Source: a virus
Length of the DNA: 64,000 bases
Direction: 5' to 3' (one strand)
IMG/VR virus record: IMGVR_UViG_3300029953_000001
Shown: in pieces, positions 18,288-28,846 of the stretch
How positions within the stretch are numbered: the first letter of the stretch is position 1
Layout of the letters: each line of letters starts with the position of its first letter
Made by a program: the position numbers and the translations under genes
Notes under the pieces: model-generated
What the model saw: the letters and a program-made list of their open reading frames with translations, nothing else
Told to the model about the DNA's origin: nothing
The model's database searches: none

Positions 18288-21200
18288 TTAGTTAGACGAC
18301 GTTGCTGAAGTCGTCGTAACCGTGAAGGTGACGCTGATGTAGAGCAACGAGAACACCGGCTGGATGGTCATGGTGATGTTCACCGTGGTCGGATCAGACG
18401 GGTCAGGTATGACACTCAGGTTCTGGTAGCTTGCGAGAATCTCGTTCGCAACCAAGGAGCGGAGACGTGCGTTGCAGACCGCCGTGATGTCATTCACAAG
18501 ACTGGTAACCAGCTTGCGACCAATGAACTGCTGAAGGTCAGAACGGAACAACTGACGGGTGTAGTCCACGATGGTAGTGCATGTCGGCTCCGAGTAGATG
18601 GGGTTCGACGGGTCGGTGGACTTGTAGTGGCGAATCTGGAGAGCCCCGCTCTGGTTGGTGAGAACCACGAGACCCTGTGACGCCATGTTGTTGAGCGTTG
18701 CATCGTCGTAGGTAACGAGGAGGCGAGTGAACCCAACCAAGTCCTGCAAGGTCAGAGTCGTCGCAACGTCGTTCGCCGGGTTGACTTCAAGACCAGCCAT
18801 AGCAGCCGCCATGAATTCGCCGGAGATGGCGTACTCAAGAGCAACACCGGTCAAACCGTTGGTCACCTGAATACCAGCAACCGGCATACCGACGGCAATC
18901 ATACGGGAGTTCTTCAAACCGGTCGCGTTCGCAATAGCCTGATAGGGCGAGGTGAACTGCGAGTAGCCGACGAAGCCGAGTGCCTCACCCTTGTAACGGG
19001 CAGTGGCCTGAGTGGTAAGCTGACGGCTCAAGAACTGATGAACAGTCGTGCTGGTGGACAGAGGAACAATGACGTTCGCCTTGCTGGTTTGACCCGGCAG
19101 GTTAGCAGTCAATGTACCAATGGCCGATATGAAGGAAGCGTCCGAAGCCACGGCGAGACCGGTCTGCTTAGGCACCTGAATAGCACCGAAGACCTGAGCA
19201 CCGTTCTGGTTCAGAAGCGAGATACCCAGCGACAGACGGTTGGTGACATTTGGCTGACCATACTGGGTGTAAGCGTCGGCCACATTAGTGAAGAGTTTGA
19301 TTGCCATATCTGTCACAGTCTTGTTGACCGTGAACGAAACATAGTAGAACTCTCCCACCGCAGGTTCATTACCCGAAGCATGATTGGTTGTGATGATAGC
19401 CGTGTCGCCAGTGTTCGCACCAAAGGTTGTGACAACCTCAGTCTGAAGCCCAGAGACGGCAATCAGGCTGTTAGGCTGTGCAGTACCAAACGGTACATAA
19501 GTGGAACCTGTATAGCGGACAGCAGCCTTGCTCACAACGTAGGTGAGAGTGTCGCCGGGGGCGAAGCTGTACTGAGGAGAAGGCAGCGACGTGTAACCAT
19601 AGCCGAGAGCATCAGCCGGGTTCACAACGGTGACCTTGAAACCAGTGGCGGCATCAATGTAGGTCTGGTCGAGGTAGCCAACGCCAGCAGAGCCAGCACT
19701 CGCCGAGGAAGTCACGGTGTAACTGTGAGTGTAAGGTTGAGTGATTGCGTTGGCACCGTGGGCGAGATTGGCAGCAGCCGAAGAAGTTCCGATGGCATCG
19801 GAACCCGTACCAGCGGTCAAAGTTGCGGTGATGACACCAACAGTGACGGTGAGCGGGAACATCGCGACAAGCGAGTTCACATTACCTGTGCTGTGCAGGG
19901 TAATCGCGTTGCCAGAGATAGTCGGAGCAGCGTTGGTCGTGTTGTCGATGGCAATGGTAACCGCATTGCCAACCGACCCCGGAGTCGAAGCCAAGAAGTG
20001 AACGGTCGAAGCCGAGAACGTTTTGTCCAAGTAAGCCTGAATGGCCGGGGTGATAACCGTAGAGCCATCGTTGTTGAAGGTCAAGGTAACCGTCTCGTCA
20101 ACCGCGTTTGGTTCGTCCCATGCATCTGAGAAAGAGTGCGGATAGACAATGCCCGTGGTTGCGAAAGCACCCGCAGCAACCGTGTTGGTTCCGTTGGAAA
20201 CAACTGGTAGAACCTGACCGAGTTCGTTCTTCAAGGTGTAGGTGCCCTGCCCTGACTGAGCCGGGTTGACAACTGTCACCGTGTAGACGTGGTCGTTGAT
20301 GGTGTTGCGGTAGTAGCTGGCATACACCTTCTGACCGGATGCTGGCGGATTGTACAAGGTGATAGTCGCCGAGTCGCCGGAGAGACGGGAAACTTGAACT
20401 GCGCCAGCCTGATAGGCGGTGAAGGGGTCAACCCCGACATACACGGTAACCTTTGTAGGGTCATCAGTAGGACGAGCCAAACCACTTCCGTCCGTGGGTA
20501 CATCCGGGAGGGTGAAGGTGGCAGTGTTACCGTTGCCGTGGCCGGCGAACTGGAGGTACACATGCTCGTCAACCAGCGTGGTGGTAATCTGGGTCGGGCC
20601 GAACGGGGTGTAACCCGTGGTCGAAGTTCCAACCGCAGTCGATGCTGCGGCACCCCATTGGATGACAGGGTTGCCAGCGGCATCCGTGCTAAGCACGTAG
20701 TCCACGTCTTCGATGAAGTCTGCACGGTTAGGACCGAACCCAACCTGAGTGATGGTGGATACAGTGGTGGCCGGAAGCAGGTCGTAGGTGTTCTGGTAGT
20801 TGTTGGTGTAGTAGGTCGCAGTCAGAGTCGAGCCAAACACAACGGGGTTGGCCAGAGTGATGAGGCTATTAGCACCATCAACCGCTGTCACCGTGGCAGC
20901 GGAACCGTTCACGAGGACAGTGACATTGGCCGGATTTGTGGTGACCACTCCGCCGTTGGTACCGTCAACGATGGGGTTGTTCTTTACCTTGAAGATGGTG
21001 TTAGTGTTCGGACCTTCCCCACCAGATAAAGAGGCAGCACCTGTGACCGATAGAGCACCGGTACCGACCGGAGTCGCACCCACCAAGTAACCCGCCGAGA
21101 GGGTGAGAATACCAGCCTCGATGAGATTGTGAAGGTCAACCACCGTACGGATGGTGTTGTCGGACTTGCGGATGTTGATGACAATTGCGTTGGTGCCGTA

Positions 21201-21830
21201 GCCAGAGACCGCCAGAGCATCCACCACGCCCGGAGTCGGGGGCGACAGCAAGGTTGAATCGATAAGCTGGATGCTCACTTCGTTACCAACCGCACCCGGA
21301 AGGGTTGTGGTAACAACCTCGTGAGCCCCCCCGGCACCGGCAACAGTCAGAGAAGCGAAGGCTGGAATTTGAGCCGACAGATTCTCGTTAGAAATGAGGG
21401 TGTCCATGCGCTTGAAGTAGTAACTGACGTCAAAATTGGTTCCCGGAAGCACAATATCCTGAGTCTGGAAAGCACCAGTGGAGCCAACCAGCGAAACAAC
21501 AGTGACAGGAACGCCATCAGCGGTGACCTGAATGAAGGAGGGGTCATTGGTAACCGTACCACTTCCATCACCCGTAACCACCGGGAAATAGGTGGTGTTA
21601 AAGTTGCTGGTCAAGCCAGTAACTTGGTCAGAAATGTTCTCATCCACAACTTGGTCATCGGCGACGGCTGAAGAGCCGCGATGAATCTCTTGGTTGTTCT
21701 GTGTGAAGTATTCGAGACCTTCACCAATGATTACCGGGATACGAGCGGAACCGAACAGCGGCTGACCACCGTTGTCTATCACCACACTTGTAAAAACGCC
21801 GGGAGCGGCGTAACTGCCAAAAAGTGCCAT
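18288..21830 (-). CDS. Large virion structural protein (1180 aa), beta-rich and Thr/Val/Gly/Asn-rich; fibre-, sheath- or large head/tail protein candidate
   Basis: RBS AAGGAGATTTACTTT-ATG. Very long and uninterrupted. Composition typical of a repetitive beta-structure virion protein. Confidence 0.5.
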   Translation of the reverse strand: MALFGSYAAPGVFTSVVIDNGGQPLFGSARIPVIIGEGLEYFTQNNQEIHRGSSAVADDQVVDENISDQVTGLTSNFNTTYFPVVTGDGSGTVTNDPSFIQVTADGVPVTVVSLVGSTGAFQTQDIVLPGTNFDVSYYFKRMDTLISNENLSAQIPAFASLTVAGAGGAHEVVTTTLPGAVGNEVSIQLIDSTLLSPPTPGVVDALAVSGYGTNAIVINIRKSDNTIRTVVDLHNLIEAGILTLSAGYLVGATPVGTGALSVTGAASLSGGEGPNTNTIFKVKNNPIVDGTNGGVVTTNPANVTVLVNGSAATVTAVDGANSLITLANPVVFGSTLTATYYTNNYQNTYDLLPATTVSTITQVGFGPNRADFIEDVDYVLSTDAAGNPVIQWGAAASTAVGTSTTGYTPFGPTQITTTLVDEHVYLQFAGHGNGNTATFTLPDVPTDGSGLARPTDDPTKVTVYVGVDPFTAYQAGAVQVSRLSGDSATITLYNPPASGQKVYASYYRNTINDHVYTVTVVNPAQSGQGTYTLKNELGQVLPVVSNGTNTVAAGAFATTGIVYPHSFSDAWDEPNAVDETVTLTFNNDGSTVITPAIQAYLDKTFSASTVHFLASTPGSVGNAVTIAIDNTTNAAPTISGNAITLHSTGNVNSLVAMFPLTVTVGVITATLTAGTGSDAIGTSSAAANLAHGANAITQPYTHSYTVTSSASAGSAGVGYLDQTYIDAATGFKVTVVNPADALGYGYTSLPSPQYSFAPGDTLTYVVSKAAVRYTGSTYVPFGTAQPNSLIAVSGLQTEVVTTFGANTGDTAIITTNHASGNEPAVGEFYYVSFTVNKTVTDMAIKLFTNVADAYTQYGQPNVTNRLSLGISLLNQNGAQVFGAIQVPKQTGLAVASDASFISAIGTLTANLPGQTSKANVIVPLSTSTTVHQFLSRQLTTQATARYKGEALGFVGYSQFTSPYQAIANATGLKNSRMIAVGMPVAGIQVTNGLTGVALEYAISGEFMAAAMAGLEVNPANDVATTLTLQDLVGFTRLLVTYDDATLNNMASQGLVVLTNQSGALQIRHYKSTDPSNPIYSEPTCTTIVDYTRQLFRSDLQQFIGRKLVTSLVNDITAVCNARLRSLVANEILASYQNLSVIPDPSDPTTVNITMTIQPVFSLLYISVTFTVTTTSATSSN

Positions 21831-21969
21831 AAAGTAAATCTCCTTAAGCTGCTGCTTGTTCCCTACCCAAGATGTCAGTAGTCAATTTTTGTGCTTGATG
21901 TTGAAAAATAGTAGCCATAGAATAAAACCGCCTCATGACTTTCCTTTTTTCAAGACACCGCAATAATCG

Positions 21970-22494
21970 CTACTCATCCCGATTTACGGTTCTTTCAGGG
22001 ACGGTTACTCCAACCAGCCGCCCTTCCTTAATTGGTCGGTATTCATCTCTTCCAGTGGCTGTCAAAGCCTGAGTGCCGGTTTTCCTGCGGACCCTATCCC
22101 GTGCTGTCTTCCGGTCGTGTATTTTGTTCCACCTTGTGTCCGCATCGCGCCCAATTACAATGTCGATACTTGCGCCCTTGCTCGTGTTTTTCCCATGAAC
22201 AATGGCAAAGCTCGACTTCAATTTCGCTGTTACTCCGCACATAGGACAGGCGAACGTATCTGGAGCCTTACCAGTCGGGTGCTCTACGCTGAAAACTTGT
22301 CCACATCCACCCTCACTTTGCCAGCACTGGTAGTTATAGTCTTCGGTACTAATCGGTTCGTCGTATGTCAGTGCTGACATACAGAGAGGACATGGAGGAA
22401 CTGGCTTTTGGAAACTAACCCCGAAGTCCAGATATTCGTACTCGAAATTACAAGGGACGCATTGATACATTTTCTTAGTGGGCACGGATGTCAT
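21970..22494 (-). CDS. Zn-finger protein (174 aa) with multiple CxxC pairs
   Basis: CVPC..., CPLC, ACPMCG, and a basic C-terminus. Confidence 0.45.
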   Translation of the reverse strand: MTSVPTKKMYQCVPCNFEYEYLDFGVSFQKPVPPCPLCMSALTYDEPISTEDYNYQCWQSEGGCGQVFSVEHPTGKAPDTFACPMCGVTAKLKSSFAIVHGKNTSKGASIDIVIGRDADTRWNKIHDRKTARDRVRRKTGTQALTATGRDEYRPIKEGRLVGVTVPERTVNRDE

Positions 22495-22611
22495 CCTTTT
22501 AATCGGTTATGCTTACGGACAAACCTCATTCCCGATTGTGTTCTGCTATAACAGCAAGTGAAAGTCCACTTGCATATAGACCTTTGACCTGTGCTATTTT
22601 TCAGCCATGGA

Positions 22612-24237
22612 TCAACTGTAGGACTGCACAAACTGGAACCTCGTGTTGCCAAGAGCCTGAACGCGAGGAGCCATCTGTAATTTCCCCTGAAAGTCAGGCA
22701 GACCCGCAGTGTCGGTGATTATGAAAGAAACAAGACGTGTGACTTTCGGTACGAACACCTTCCAGTCAGCCATGGCCGACACTGAAATGCTGTAAGTGTA
22801 GGTGGGGGCGGTCCCGGAACTATCGCGCTGTGCGCTGCGGAAAGAACGGGGAGCCTCGAAGATAGTAATGCCATCAGCTTCCATGTTCTCGCGGCGGTAG
22901 ATAAGAATCTGCTGCTTGATAAGTTCGCTGAGGTCAGAAGATGTTTGAAGGTCGTTGGTGCGAACGTCAATCGTGAAGTTTAGGTTCTCCTTGGAACCGT
23001 ACACATCATAAGTCTCAGTAGTCGTGGGGTTTACAATAATAGCCGCTTGGTCTCCTACCACAACAGAATCTCCGATTGCAATAGCCAGTCCGGGTATAGT
23101 ATCCGTCCGCAAATTAGTAGTTGGATCAGTGACGAATTGAACCACGTTGCTCTTATCCAAGTAAGTGTCGTAGAAACCATTCAGGGAGAATTTTTTACCG
23201 CGACACGTAGTCTGACCGGAGGCGATGCGGACCTCCCAACGCACCCAGTCTCCCGGCTTCAACAGAGTTGGAAGAGTTACAGTACCATCAGCGTTAACAA
23301 TGGCATTGTAATAGTCATTCTCGGTAGTGTGGATGAAGACCTGCCCCGGAGCCAGCGATTCAGTGGGGAGAACACCCACCTGAAGAATATTCTCGGGATT
23401 AGTGCCCACCGTTGTGCTGGGGTCAATCTTGCGGATGACGTTGGCCGTGATGGTGCTGCCCGGAGGAGCCGATGAACTAAGCTGAATGAAGTTGAGACCG
23501 AAGAAATTCCAGTCGATACCCTGACGAAGCTGGTAGCCCGTCTGGTCAACCAGAGTGAATGACACCCATGGCGGGAGTATGTTAGCGACCTCTGCACCGC
23601 CTACTGTGTTCTGAATGATGACCTCAGGTACCAGACGCTGGTACCAATAGTCGGTCATAGGTGTGAGGGGGTTGTTGTTCGAATCGTAGAGTTCAAGAGT
23701 CTGAGTGGGAACAAGCAGATACACATAATTGCTGGAGCCTTCGATGGCAACCGCGTTTCCTGTGGCTCCATCCTTGGCTGTGAGCGTAGTGCCGTCGATG
23801 CCGGGGCGGAGATAAACGAGGGAACCCACCGCGTTCGTGTAGTGCCCCTGCACCCAGCGATACTTTTCCACGGTAATGTCGATGTCGTTGGTTTCTTCGT
23901 TGACTGCATCAATGTTGAGATAGTAAACGCCAGCCTCTGGAGTCACGAGCGTTTTATCGGTCTCAGTAATCCACTCGATGAACGTGCCTTCCTTACCTTC
24001 TACTTTGGCGACCAAGGCTCTGCCGTACTGGTTGCACAGGAAGTAGTCGGGGCTCAAGCGGTTGCCTGATGCGGAGATGTCGCGAAGGGTAATCTGCGTG
24101 TCGCCGTACTTCAAAAAATTGTTGGATTGAAACGTAACTTGACCGAGTGTGTTATTGAAACGGGGGTTCCGAGAAACGGAATCCCTGATAATTCTGAGCA
24201 AATAGCCTATAAGGTTGGCACCAGTTAAGTCCAGCAT
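22612..24237 (-). CDS. Hypothetical structural protein (541 aa; baseplate or tail candidate)
   Basis: Complete ORF in the structural block. No motif. Confidence 0.45.
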   Translation of the reverse strand: MLDLTGANLIGYLLRIIRDSVSRNPRFNNTLGQVTFQSNNFLKYGDTQITLRDISASGNRLSPDYFLCNQYGRALVAKVEGKEGTFIEWITETDKTLVTPEAGVYYLNIDAVNEETNDIDITVEKYRWVQGHYTNAVGSLVYLRPGIDGTTLTAKDGATGNAVAIEGSSNYVYLLVPTQTLELYDSNNNPLTPMTDYWYQRLVPEVIIQNTVGGAEVANILPPWVSFTLVDQTGYQLRQGIDWNFFGLNFIQLSSSAPPGSTITANVIRKIDPSTTVGTNPENILQVGVLPTESLAPGQVFIHTTENDYYNAIVNADGTVTLPTLLKPGDWVRWEVRIASGQTTCRGKKFSLNGFYDTYLDKSNVVQFVTDPTTNLRTDTIPGLAIAIGDSVVVGDQAAIIVNPTTTETYDVYGSKENLNFTIDVRTNDLQTSSDLSELIKQQILIYRRENMEADGITIFEAPRSFRSAQRDSSGTAPTYTYSISVSAMADWKVFVPKVTRLVSFIITDTAGLPDFQGKLQMAPRVQALGNTRFQFVQSYS

Positions 24238-24327
24238 AATCAGTTACTTAGCCCTTTCAATGAGTCACCTTGCCGTTTATTTTGTTGGTTACCTTGTAGA
24301 TGAACACACACGCCTCTACAATAGGGT

Positions 24328-24696
24328 CTAAAAGTCCCAATCAGGAATCTCAACCGTCTGTCCGGCAAGTTTGTGCGTGGAGTCGTCAAGGAATTGAATC
24401 TTGCCATCGGTCACGAAGCTGTGGCACACACGGCAAAGGAAGGGATTTTTATCTTCCGGGTGCTCCTCGTTGTAAGTACACCAGCATGAGTCCGACTGAT
24501 GACCGGGAGCATAGTGACCTGAGCGAACGAGGATGCTGGGAGTGAAAGTAGGCCGGTCTACATTGCGGTTCCATCCCCACTTGGGGTGTGTGTCGTCACC
24601 GTCTACCTTGATACCATGGTACTCTTCGCAACCCGGACACCAAAAGGAAACAAGACCTCCTTCCAGTGACCGTAACTTGTTGCTAAGAGCACCCAT
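24328..24696 (-). CDS. Cys/His-rich hypothetical protein (122 aa)
   Basis: WCPGCEEYHG ... CWCTYNEEH ... CRVCHSF; Zn-binding likely. Confidence 0.4.
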   Translation of the reverse strand: MGALSNKLRSLEGGLVSFWCPGCEEYHGIKVDGDDTHPKWGWNRNVDRPTFTPSILVRSGHYAPGHQSDSCWCTYNEEHPEDKNPFLCRVCHSFVTDGKIQFLDDSTHKLAGQTVEIPDWDF

Positions 24697-25332
24697 TTAC
24701 CAACCACCTGTGCCGTCGTCTTTCTGGTAGTCGGTGATAGCGTCAGCCGAACCGACGCTATCCTTATCGACCATACGCACAAGCTGTGCAGAGTAGTCCA
24801 CACCCGGAGGCGGTGGTGGTACTGTCTGGGTGATAGGTTCAATCCACTGGTGAATCGAACGGCGGATGTCCCACAGGCTGACGTGAGGCGTAGAGCGGGG
24901 GTACCAGCGGTTCTCAATCTCGATGTCATCATTGCTGGAGTACGACAGGATGTTCCATTCAGAACCTGCGTGGTCTTGGAAGACCGCACCGGGAATCATG
25001 TACGCAAAGAAGATTTCATCGCCTTCAATCGGCGAGAGGGGACTTGGCGACTGCATCGTGCCGGGGTTCGGCTTGAACTGCACGAACGTGGAGGTACGAG
25101 CGTCATTTGGGTCGCCCACAATTCCCTGTAGGGCGGAGTCCGAGTTGACCTCTTCATCCTCGCAGAGGATACGGGCTTGCTTTACTAGGGCGTCAAACAT
25201 CGAAGCGTTCATATTTTTTCCTTCCAATTTTGAGAGTGTGGGTCTAAACCCACATTTTTCAGTTCCCCCCAAATACCGAGCAACGAAAGTAGCCTTCACG
25301 GTCGTTCCATTCCCGCCATTCGCATTCGCCAC
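24697..25332 (-). CDS. Hypothetical protein (211 aa)
   Basis: Start codon overlaps the downstream gene (TAAATG-type coupling). Confidence 0.4.
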   Translation of the reverse strand: MANANGGNGTTVKATFVARYLGGTEKCGFRPTLSKLEGKNMNASMFDALVKQARILCEDEEVNSDSALQGIVGDPNDARTSTFVQFKPNPGTMQSPSPLSPIEGDEIFFAYMIPGAVFQDHAGSEWNILSYSSNDDIEIENRWYPRSTPHVSLWDIRRSIHQWIEPITQTVPPPPPGVDYSAQLVRMVDKDSVGSADAITDYQKDDGTGGW

Positions 25333-25434
25333 ATTGCGTCGGACTGCTGGGGTTGATAATTATCTGGTGTACGAATGACATTGCTCTTCCCTCTAATTCT
25401 GTAATCAGGTAGTCGAAAAGTTATTTTCCTGTCA

Positions 25435-26769
25435 TCAAGTTTGGATTCTGCCGAACGTTACCGTCCGACCAATAGGAATCTCCGCCTTGTTCTCCCATGG
25501 AGCCTTACCCGGCTGGGTCAGAGCGTTGAACAGAGGCTCACCGTCACCCTTGAGATTGTTCGGGTCTTCACCCTGAAGGTAGTTCTTGCCGACGACTGGA
25601 TTGAATAGGGTGGGCATACCTGTGTTGATGGGAATGAGGTATCGAGTATCGCCCCAAGGCAGCAGGGACGTGTTGAAGTCCTGCTGTAATAGAATGCCAC
25701 GCGGGGACTTATAGGTCACACCACTGATAACCAGACGCTCACCGTTACGACGGACGATGAGGTCACCGTCCTGCACGATGGGCGTGTTGGTAAGGTAACT
25801 ACGACTCTCGCGGGTTGCCTTGATGCCACCACCCTCATCCAGTTCACGAGTGATAGCGGAGTCTGGCGGAACGTACGTGATGTCGTAGGGGCCAAAATAT
25901 CCTCCGACGATACCAATCTCGAAGCAAATCTTGCAGCCAGTCTTGGCTTGACCTAATCCACCTTCAGACCCTCTGCAACCGCACAACTTACCCCGCGTTT
26001 TGCGAAATAAGATGTAGGCAGGCTCCCCTATCTGTTCGAACAGCCACTCGTTGCGGCGAACCATCTCTGCATACTCCCACGTCATCTGGTCAACTTCCTG
26101 CGTGTTGACAATCTTGGTGCCGGGGTGACCGGGCTTATGCAGTTCCTCGCCCACCGGTCCCAAAGGAACGATGCAATAGAAGGTGCGGGTCATACCGGTG
26201 TAGATGTCCACATAGTTGATGAGCTTGTTGTAGACGACCTTGAACTCCTTCACGCCGGAGTAGTCAGCCTTCCACACGACACCATTATTCACCGCAGCCA
26301 AGTCAGTGACGTAACCGCCCTGCTTCAACTGATTGTCCATGGGGAGCCACACGGTGCGGTCGAGACCTTGAACCTCAGCCGGGGTGAGGGCAACATCGTC
26401 TACGTACACTGTCACGTCCTGAGGACGAATAGAGACGAAGGGGCGTCCGGTCACGACATCAGCGTATGGAGTGTCGGGGATTCGGAAGCCCCACCTTCCC
26501 ATGATTCCCTTGTCTACCCAGTCGGGCTCCTGAACAATGTACGTGACCTGCTGGAGAGCTACTTGATCCCGGTAGAAATGACCTGACCATGGATTAACAT
26601 TTAGTTTGTGCCAGTTCACCGGGGCATCAAAGGCCCGGTAGATATTGTAGCCATGAGCAGCGTCGGGGTCGTCCTGCCACCAGAGGTCGCGGGAGCCGAC
26701 GTAACTGGAGTTCATAACTATTAGGGTTTGAATCATACTATTTACCCTCGCTGAGGCGGATGACATCAA
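25435..26769 (-). CDS. Hypothetical structural protein (444 aa)
   Basis: Complete ORF. Internal CGCRGSEGG..GCKIC Cys cluster. Confidence 0.45.
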   Translation of the reverse strand: MMSSASARVNSMIQTLIVMNSSYVGSRDLWWQDDPDAAHGYNIYRAFDAPVNWHKLNVNPWSGHFYRDQVALQQVTYIVQEPDWVDKGIMGRWGFRIPDTPYADVVTGRPFVSIRPQDVTVYVDDVALTPAEVQGLDRTVWLPMDNQLKQGGYVTDLAAVNNGVVWKADYSGVKEFKVVYNKLINYVDIYTGMTRTFYCIVPLGPVGEELHKPGHPGTKIVNTQEVDQMTWEYAEMVRRNEWLFEQIGEPAYILFRKTRGKLCGCRGSEGGLGQAKTGCKICFEIGIVGGYFGPYDITYVPPDSAITRELDEGGGIKATRESRSYLTNTPIVQDGDLIVRRNGERLVISGVTYKSPRGILLQQDFNTSLLPWGDTRYLIPINTGMPTLFNPVVGKNYLQGEDPNNLKGDGEPLFNALTQPGKAPWENKAEIPIGRTVTFGRIQT

Positions 26770-27091
26770 TGGGAGTCACAGGAACTCTGTGCAAGTACCG
26801 CCATATTCGAACATCCTTAGCACTAGACAGGGAACCCGGTAGGAGTCGTTTGACCAAATCGAGGTCTTTCTTTATAAACTGGGTACCATGGATGCGGAGA
26901 ACTATGGGGGCTCCCCCTGTTTTCCCCGCCTTGTTTTTGGCGAACCACTCAGCAACAGGTAGTGTGAAGTAGCTTCTTTCAACCAACCCCTCTCGAATAA
27001 TCTCAGGCAGCACACTGTCGTCAGTTCCGTGATACAAGAACTCAGGAACTACGGACACCCCTTGTTTTAGAAACTTACTTTTCCAGTGCAT
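26738..27091 (-). CDS. Small protein with an H-G-T motif (FLYHGTDDSVLPEIIREGL); possible minimal ADP-ribosyltransferase/Tpt1-like fold
   Basis: The N-terminal H-G-T core followed by a hydrophobic ..GL.. segment resembles the first strand of H-Y-E ADP-ribosyltransferases. Weak evidence. Confidence 0.3.
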   Translation of the reverse strand: MHWKSKFLKQGVSVVPEFLYHGTDDSVLPEIIREGLVERSYFTLPVAEWFAKNKAGKTGGAPIVLRIHGTQFIKKDLDLVKRLLPGSLSSAKDVRIWRYLHRVPVTPIDVIRLSEGK

Positions 27092-27101
27092 ATCGCTCCT
27101 A

Positions 27102-27887
27102 CTAAGGTACTTGGGTAGTGCAAAAAGAGCAGTTCGGATTAATCAGACCACGATTGGTGTGCCAACGCACATGCTTGGCCTTTATAAGACTGCCGCTGGC
27201 AACACTAGCTGCGGCGGCTCTCTGCTTCGCTTCGCGAGAGCCTGACTTGCCTCCGAGGCTGTGAACTTCACGGGACATGCGGGTACGCATCTCCTCAGGG
27301 TGTTCGTCAGCCCACTTCCTACAAGCCTCGATACGAGTAGATTCATCTTGAAGGGCACGTTTGGTTTTTATTTTCTTCACTGAGTCTTCTGTGAGAAACG
27401 AGCCACCCTGCTCCTGTCTTGCTTGCTCAACAGCAGCTTTACGCTTCTCCTCTTGTTCAGCCGAACGCAGGAACACAGGGTTACCTACTTCCTTCAATTT
27501 GGCCTTGGTCTCTTCAGACATAGTGCCGGTGAACCCTTCTCCACCCCGGCAGATGTTGTAGCCGATTTCTGGATTGCGGGTGTCGTAAAGGGCGATGAGT
27601 AAACGTTCGAGTCGGTCTAGCTCTTCTTTGGTCTCGATACCCTCGAAAAGAGGCTCTATCGACCAAACCTCCTTGGGGTGCTTACGCATGGAGTTGAAGA
27701 GATGGGATGAACCTCTGTTTCGCTTTGCATGAGAAAATTTGTCTTGAAGGTACTTCTTCAAGTTATTGCCCTTATGCTGGCCGATGTAAATCTTCCCTGT
27801 GATTGAGTTAGTGATGGCATAGATGTACATGAAAATGGACTCCTCTTGTAGGAGTCCATAGTTGGGTTTCGATTTGTTATAAAACAC
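27102..27887 (-). CDS. GIY-YIG homing endonuclease
   Basis: MYIYAITNSITGKIYIGQHKG...R...GYNICRGGEG, then a basic C-terminal region. Confidence 0.75.
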   Translation of the reverse strand: MFYNKSKPNYGLLQEESIFMYIYAITNSITGKIYIGQHKGNNLKKYLQDKFSHAKRNRGSSHLFNSMRKHPKEVWSIEPLFEGIETKEELDRLERLLIALYDTRNPEIGYNICRGGEGFTGTMSEETKAKLKEVGNPVFLRSAEQEEKRKAAVEQARQEQGGSFLTEDSVKKIKTKRALQDESTRIEACRKWADEHPEEMRTRMSREVHSLGGKSGSREAKQRAAAASVASGSLIKAKHVRWHTNRGLINPNCSFCTTQVP

Positions 27888-27917
27888 AAATTATTGAAAC
27901 TAAACAACTTATCGTCG

Positions 27918-28844
27918 TCAACCCAAAAGCCAACGCTGCTGTCTTAATCCTGCACTGAACGGTCTGTTCGCCGTAATCAGTGGAGCCCACTCATTGAACT
28001 CTTGGGAGTAGGTTTGACCTAGCGACTGGTAGAGGTTGGCCTTGTTGATGTCGAGGGACACACCGTTCAAGCTGTAGCTAAACTCATCCGCAGCCCAGCG
28101 TGCCCCTTCCTTGGTGAGGCAGGAAGACGCAGCACCGATGGCTGCACAACGTCCCCAGTCAATCGGGATGTTGTCCAGCGTCCAGCCGTACAGGTTCTTC
28201 ACGTTCCATGTGTTGAGCTTGGAGATGGCAATATCCAGCATCCGAAGGATGGTGGAATCAAGCCAGATGTACCCCACGCGAGTGGTGTACCCGGCTACCA
28301 CCTTACCCGGAGTGGGTGGGCGGAAATGGTAATTACGGTCGGGGTTCTCATCGCTAATCAATTCCCTGACGTACATGATGGCCGGAGCATACTTGCTGGT
28401 GGTCGTCTTCGCCGGGGCAAGAATCTGAGAGGGAGCTTCAAAGGAGTTCGAAGTCGGGTCAATGGTCTGAACCACGAAGTCTTCGGTTACCTGCTGCTCA
28501 GCGTTACCGGGGTACTGTACCATGTACCAGACTAGACGATACACACCCTGCCACGTTGTAGGGATGGTAAGGTTGATCCAGTACATGCCCTGAGACGCAC
28601 GTATAGGTATCATGCGCGGCTGACCCACCAGCATAGCCCCTTCCGGGTTGTAGTCTACTGGGAGCGACTGAAGCTGTTGCTGGTCATAGTCATAGGCACC
28701 CCGAATCTTGATGGGCACCTGTGACGAAATCTGGAAGATGCTGAAGCTTATTTGTGCGGGGTCTACTAGCACACCAGTAGCGTCCCGAACGATAATGTTC
28801 AGGTTGCCTGTGCCTAAAGCCATCCCTTGCGTTAAAGTTACCAA
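27918..28844 (-). CDS. Hypothetical structural protein (308 aa)
   Basis: Complete ORF between two homing endonuclease genes. Confidence 0.45.
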   Translation of the reverse strand: MVTLTQGMALGTGNLNIIVRDATGVLVDPAQISFSIFQISSQVPIKIRGAYDYDQQQLQSLPVDYNPEGAMLVGQPRMIPIRASQGMYWINLTIPTTWQGVYRLVWYMVQYPGNAEQQVTEDFVVQTIDPTSNSFEAPSQILAPAKTTTSKYAPAIMYVRELISDENPDRNYHFRPPTPGKVVAGYTTRVGYIWLDSTILRMLDIAISKLNTWNVKNLYGWTLDNIPIDWGRCAAIGAASSCLTKEGARWAADEFSYSLNGVSLDINKANLYQSLGQTYSQEFNEWAPLITANRPFSAGLRQQRWLLG

Positions 28845-28846
28845 AA

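Noticed and set aside
19038-20129. 363-aa plus-strand ORF
   Set aside because: Antisense to the 1180-aa minus-strand gene. Arg/Ser/Gly-rich low-complexity translation typical of a GC-rich antisense frame. No RBS.
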